A stretch of DNA of 64,000 bases, taken from positions 3 through 64,002 of the forward strand of contig DASWNA010000032.1 in NCBI GenBank assembly GCA_036399475.1, read 5' to 3'. This document shows positions 59,807-64,000 of this stretch, piece after piece. The position numbers and the translations under genes are program-made. This DNA comes from Allosphingosinicella sp. (GTDB lineage Bacteria; Pseudomonadota; Alphaproteobacteria; Sphingomonadales; Sphingomonadaceae). Every line of letters begins with the position of its first letter. Within the stretch, counting starts at the first letter, position 1. The notes below the pieces were generated by a model, which was not told where the DNA came from, ran no database searches, and saw only the letters and a program-made list of their open reading frames with translations.

Positions 59807-61588
59807 ATGAGCGGTTTTGGCAGCGAGAAAGCGGACCATGAGCCCTGGCCCGCGCGGGCGCTGATCCTCGCGGCGCTCGGTGCCCTGTTCGGCCTTCTTT
59901 TCTCGCAACTCGTCAATCGGTCTGAGACGGCGCTGGATGGCGCGCTTGCGGCGGCGCTGGCAGTGAGCGGTGTGGTGTTCGCCCTGTCTTTGGAGCGGGC
60001 GCGGTGGCACTGGGCCGCCATCTTTGCCCCGGTGGCGGGCATGGTCGCAGGCTTCGTTTCGTGGTGGAACGGAGCCCCGGACGGCTGGGGCGCGGACGAA
60101 GGCTGGCATCTTGCCGCCTCGATCGCCGCTGCCGCGCTGGCCGTGCCGCTGTTCCAGGCCGCGCGCGACGCGGGCCGCGCCCGCTTCGCGCCTGCCGCGG
60201 TGCACGAACACGCCTGGACCAACCTCATCCTGGGCGGAGTCGCCGGTGCCTTTACCGGGGTGACGGTGCTACTGACGTTGCTGCTCAGCGAGCTATTCGC
60301 GCTGATCGGCCTGCGGTTCCTGCGCGACCTCATACACGGCGATTGGTTCACCTGGACGCTCGCCTGCGCGGCTTTCGGAGCGGCGCTCGGCCTGCTCAGG
60401 GACCGTGACGGGGTGATGGAGATCGTGCAGCGCGTGGTGCGGGCGGTTCTCTCGGTACTAGCGCCGCTGCTCGCCGCCGGGCTGCTGTTCTTCGTTCTGG
60501 CGCTTCCGTTCACCGGTGTGGGCGCGCTTTGGGAACAGACCAAGGCGACCACCCCAATCCTCCTCGCCTGCATGGCCGGGGCGCTGATCCTCACCAATGC
60601 CGTTGCCGGCAATTCGCCGGACGAGGAATCGAAGGCGCCGGTGCTGCGCTGGTCGGCGATGGCGCTGATCGCGTGCCTGGTGCCGCTTGCCGCCGTCGCT
60701 GCCCTGTCGACAAGCACACGCATCGCGCAGCACGGCTTTACGCCCGACCGGCTTTGGGCGGCAGTGTTCGTGTCGGTCGCCGGCGCGGTGGCGGTTGGCT
60801 ATGCCCTGTCACTGGTGCGCGGCCGCCTCGCCTGGCCCGCCCCGCTGCGGGCAACGAATGTGCGGCTCGCCGCGGCCGTGTGCCTGCTGGCGCTGTTTCT
60901 GGCGTTGCCGATCGTCAGCTTCGGAGCCTTGTCGGCTCGCGATCAGGTTTCCCGCTTGGAGAGCGGCAGGATCAGCCCGGCACAGTTCGATTGGGCTGCG
61001 CTGCGCTTCGACTTCGGGCCTGAAGGTCGCAAGCTGCTCCAGCGGCTGTCGCGCAGCCGTTCGGCGGAGGTCAGTGCCTCCGCCGTTGAGGCGCTTGCAG
61101 CCAAGGCACGGTGGGAACTTCCAAGCGAAGGCTTGGACCTCGTGCAGCCAGAAAATCGGGCAACCGAAATCAAGGTCCTTCCCGCGGCTGCAGCGGTGCC
61201 GCCGCAGCTGCGGGCCGTGCTTTTCGACCGAAGCGACATGGCGTCACCCTGTGTGGGCGCCGGGGAGTGCCTGCTATACTGGAAACCTAGAGAAGAGACC
61301 GCGGTGGCCGTGCTCGATGGCTGCGCTGCATCGCAAGTTGGAGCCGACCGGCAGACGGATCGTGGAACAGGCTGCGAGATCATGGTGAACCCGGTGGGTT
61401 TTCGCGACGGCAGGTGGCAGGTGTTGAACGGCAGCGCCGCACAGAAGCCGGATCTGAGCGCCGAGCAGGAGCAAGAGTCGTTGCGGCGCGAACGGGCAGC
61501 GCTCGATGCGGGGCGGGTCACGATCCGCGAAGTCACCCGCCGCCAGGTCTTTGTCGGCGAAGAGCCGGTCAGTCAGTTGTTCGAGTAA
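59807..61588 (+). CDS. DUF4153-like multi-TM membrane protein
   Basis: Many TM segments; RIAQHGFTPDRLW; start uncertain (59744/59792/59807). Confidence 0.7.
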   Translation: MSGFGSEKADHEPWPARALILAALGALFGLLFSQLVNRSETALDGALAAALAVSGVVFALSLERARWHWAAIFAPVAGMVAGFVSWWNGAPDGWGADEGWHLAASIAAAALAVPLFQAARDAGRARFAPAAVHEHAWTNLILGGVAGAFTGVTVLLTLLLSELFALIGLRFLRDLIHGDWFTWTLACAAFGAALGLLRDRDGVMEIVQRVVRAVLSVLAPLLAAGLLFFVLALPFTGVGALWEQTKATTPILLACMAGALILTNAVAGNSPDEESKAPVLRWSAMALIACLVPLAAVAALSTSTRIAQHGFTPDRLWAAVFVSVAGAVAVGYALSLVRGRLAWPAPLRATNVRLAAAVCLLALFLALPIVSFGALSARDQVSRLESGRISPAQFDWAALRFDFGPEGRKLLQRLSRSRSAEVSASAVEALAAKARWELPSEGLDLVQPENRATEIKVLPAAAAVPPQLRAVLFDRSDMASPCVGAGECLLYWKPREETAVAVLDGCAASQVGADRQTDRGTGCEIMVNPVGFRDGRWQVLNGSAAQKPDLSAEQEQESLRRERAALDAGRVTIREVTRRQVFVGEEPVSQLFE

Positions 61589-61633
61589 CCACGCCTTCTT
61601 GATGCAGCGCAGCACGAATGCTAGCGCCGCCTT

Positions 61634-61921
61634 ATGTCCGTAGACACCGCAACCGTTCGCAAGATCGCGAGTCTCGCGCGTATCGCCGTCAGCGATGCCG
61701 AGGCCGAGGCGCTCGCGCCCGAGCTCAACAACATCCTCGGCTGGGTCGAGCAACTGCAGGAGGTGGACGTGTCGGGCGTCGCGCCGATGACGGCCGTGAT
61801 TCCCAACCACCTGCGCTTGCGCGAAGACAAGGTGACGGACGGCGGCATTCGAGAGGATGTGCTGGCCAATGCGCCTAACGCGGAGCACGGCTTCTTCGCC
61901 GTGCCGAAGGTGATCGAATAA
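61634..61921 (+). CDS. gatC: Asp/Glu-tRNA amidotransferase subunit C
   Basis: [10 protein letters not shown]; LREDKV; FFAVPKVIE. Confidence 0.96.
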   Translation: MSVDTATVRKIASLARIAVSDAEAEALAPELNNILGWVEQLQEVDVSGVAPMTAVIPNHLRLREDKVTDGGIREDVLANAPNAEHGFFAVPKVIE

Positions 61922-63402
61922 TGAGCAATGTCACCGATCTTGGCATTGCCGCCATTCGAGACGGCGTTCGCGATGGCCGCTTTTCGGCCCGCGAAGTGGC
62001 CGAGGGGTTCATCGGCGCGGTGGAGAAGGCGAAGGCGCTCAACGCGTTCACCGTCGAGACGCCGGAGCATGCGTTGGCGGCGGCCGATGCGGCCGACGCG
62101 GCGCGGGCTTCGGGCGAACTCAAGCCGCTGTCGGGCGTGCCGCTGGGCATCAAGGATTTGTTCGCCACCAAGGGCGTGCAGACCACCGCGGGGAGCCGCA
62201 TGCTCCAGGGCTTCGAGCCGGTCTACGAGTCGACCGTGTCGGGCAACCTCTTCGCCGCGGGTGCGGGGATGCTCGGCAAGCTCAACATGGACGAGTTCGC
62301 CATGGGCTCGTCCAACGAGACGAGTGCGTGGGGGCCGGTGCTGTCGCCCTGGCGGCGCAACGACGGCGGCAATGCGGCGCTGACTCCGGGGGGGAGCTCG
62401 GGCGGCTCCGCCTCCGCGGTTGCGGCGCGGCTTGCGCCGGGCGTGACTGGGACGGACACCGGCGGCTCGATCCGCCAGCCCGCCGCATTCGTCGGCATTA
62501 CCGGCATCAAGCCGACCTACGGGCGCTGCTCGCGCTGGGGCATGGTGGCGTTCGCCTCCTCGCTCGACCAGGCGGGGCCGATGGCGCACGACGTGCGCGA
62601 TTGCGCGATCATGCTCGAAGCGATGGCAGGGTTCGACTCCAAGGACTCGACTTCCCTCGATGTGCCGGTGCCGAACTGGGAAGCGGCACTCTCCTCCGAC
62701 ATTCGCGGCAAGCGGATCGGCATTCCCAAGGAATACCGCATCGAGGGCGTGCCGGAGGAGATCGACCGGGTCTGGGAGCAGGGCATCGCCTGGATGCGCG
62801 ATGCCGGCGCGGAGATCGTCGAAGTCTCGCTGCCGCATACCAAATACGCGCTGCCGACCTATTACATCATCGCGCCCGCGGAAGCGTCGTCCAACCTCGC
62901 CCGCTATGACGGCGTGCGCTACGGGCAGCGGGTCGCGCCCGAGGGCGGCAACCTGCAGGACATGTACGAGGCGACCCGCGCCGCCGGCTTCGGCAAGGAG
63001 GTCAAGCGGCGGATCATGATCGGCACTTATGTGCTGTCTGCCGGCTTCTACGACGCCTATTTCAACCAGGCGCAGAAGGTGCGGGCGCTGATCGCCCGCG
63101 ACTTCGAGCGGGTGTTCGAGGACGTGGACCTGCTGCTGACGCCGACCGCGCCTTCGGCAGCGTTTGGATTGGGCGAGAAGTCGAACGACCCGATCGCCAT
63201 GTACCTGAACGACGTCTTCGCGGTGCCGGCGAGCCTTGCCGGGCTTCCGGCGATCAGCGTGCCCGCCGGGCTGAACGCACAGGGCTTGCCGCTCGGCCTG
63301 CAGCTCATCGGCCGCGCACTGGATGAGCAGGGGGTGCTCAACGCCGCTCTCGCGTTCGAGGAACGGGCCGGCTTCAAGGCGCGCCCGGAGGCGTGGTGGT
63401 GA
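61921..63402 (+). CDS. gatA: Asp/Glu-tRNA amidotransferase subunit A
   Basis: Amidase signature [18 protein letters not shown]; SNLARYDG. Confidence 0.98.
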   Translation: MSNVTDLGIAAIRDGVRDGRFSAREVAEGFIGAVEKAKALNAFTVETPEHALAAADAADAARASGELKPLSGVPLGIKDLFATKGVQTTAGSRMLQGFEPVYESTVSGNLFAAGAGMLGKLNMDEFAMGSSNETSAWGPVLSPWRRNDGGNAALTPGGSSGGSASAVAARLAPGVTGTDTGGSIRQPAAFVGITGIKPTYGRCSRWGMVAFASSLDQAGPMAHDVRDCAIMLEAMAGFDSKDSTSLDVPVPNWEAALSSDIRGKRIGIPKEYRIEGVPEEIDRVWEQGIAWMRDAGAEIVEVSLPHTKYALPTYYIIAPAEASSNLARYDGVRYGQRVAPEGGNLQDMYEATRAAGFGKEVKRRIMIGTYVLSAGFYDAYFNQAQKVRALIARDFERVFEDVDLLLTPTAPSAAFGLGEKSNDPIAMYLNDVFAVPASLAGLPAISVPAGLNAQGLPLGLQLIGRALDEQGVLNAALAFEERAGFKARPEAWW

Positions 63403-63812
63403 CGGACTACGAGATGCCGGTCGAGACCGCCGAACAGAGTCTTCAGCGGCTTCGGGACCGCCAGCATGTCTGGAGTGAGCGTGGCTTCACGGTCGCCGTC
63501 TTCCTGGGCTTCGTGCTGTGGGTAGGGACGAAAGGCGCTTTTGATGAGGGCTGGAGCTGGAACATGCTCTGGCTGCCCGTCGCCTTCGTCGTCTACCTCC
63601 TGGCCGGGGCCGCATACGACGCCATTTTCCCTCCAGTGGACAGGATGCCGGGAGGGCTTTTCCGGGCCATATTCCGGCCGCTGAGCAGCCGCGGTTACAG
63701 CTATTATGACGACGACGTTCGCAAAGAGCCAGCCCCCGACTACAGCATGGCGGAGGTAATCGTCGACGAGGATAATCCCAGGCCTTTGCCCGAAGAGGAG
63801 GACCGCCGATGA
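63399..63812 (+). CDS. two-TM hypothetical protein between gatA and gatB
   Basis: ORF overlaps the gatA stop and gatB start; two hydrophobic segments. Confidence 0.55.
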   Translation: MTDYEMPVETAEQSLQRLRDRQHVWSERGFTVAVFLGFVLWVGTKGAFDEGWSWNMLWLPVAFVVYLLAGAAYDAIFPPVDRMPGGLFRAIFRPLSSRGYSYYDDDVRKEPAPDYSMAEVIVDEDNPRPLPEEEDRR

Positions 63813-64000
63813 GTGACTACCGCATTCAGGGCGCCACCGGAGCGTGGGAGGTCGTGATCGGGCTTGAGGTCCACGCCCAGGTCACGTCGGCCGCCAAGCT
63901 GTTCTCCGGTGCGTCCACCGAGTTCGGGGCGGAGCCCAACACGCAGGTGTCGCTGATCGACGCGGCGATGCCGGGCATGCTGCCGATCCCGAACGCCGAG
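63809..64000 (+). CDS. gatB: Asp/Glu-tRNA amidotransferase subunit B (5' part)
   Basis: [24 protein letters not shown]...KLFS...[16 protein letters not shown]. Confidence 0.95.
   Translation, partial: MSDYRIQGATGAWEVVIGLEVHAQVTSAAKLFSGASTEFGAEPNTQVSLIDAAMPGMLPIPNAE

Overview
High-GC alphaproteobacterial chromosome segment, most likely Sphingomonadaceae. This is inferred from gene order, protein families, and the bamA-skp-fabZ block lacking lpxD/lpxA. Most of the window is housekeeping: icd, psd-pssA, rpsB-tsf-pyrH-frr-uppS-cdsA-dxr-rseP-bamA-skp-fabZ, a cobalamin-riboswitch btu operon, rpmE, rpoD-dnaG, carAB-greA, eno, pyrB-ruvX, gatCAB. Three things stand out. (1) Two unrelated small nucleases each sit inside their own family of palindromic REP-like repeats: a GIY-YIG gene at 40342-40758 and a DUF559/Vsr-like gene at 43120-43473. 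Nuclease-free copies of these repeats are spread across the window, including in-frame in carA and a terminase gene. A further palindrome family sits inside the B12 riboswitch. This resembles RAYT/REP systems but without a Y1 transposase. (2) A lower-GC defence islet (about 32.3-36.4 kb) carries a short type II-like CBASS: CD-NTase plus E2/SEC-C, no E1 or JAB, and a divergently transcribed Cap15-like effector. The islet also has an RHH plus HEPN-like pair and a tRNA-like element with a closable anticodon loop. (3) An orphan GTA/phage-type TerS-TerL pair lies next to a LexA-box promoter and a repeat hotspot. All calls are by eye from motifs; no database searches were run.
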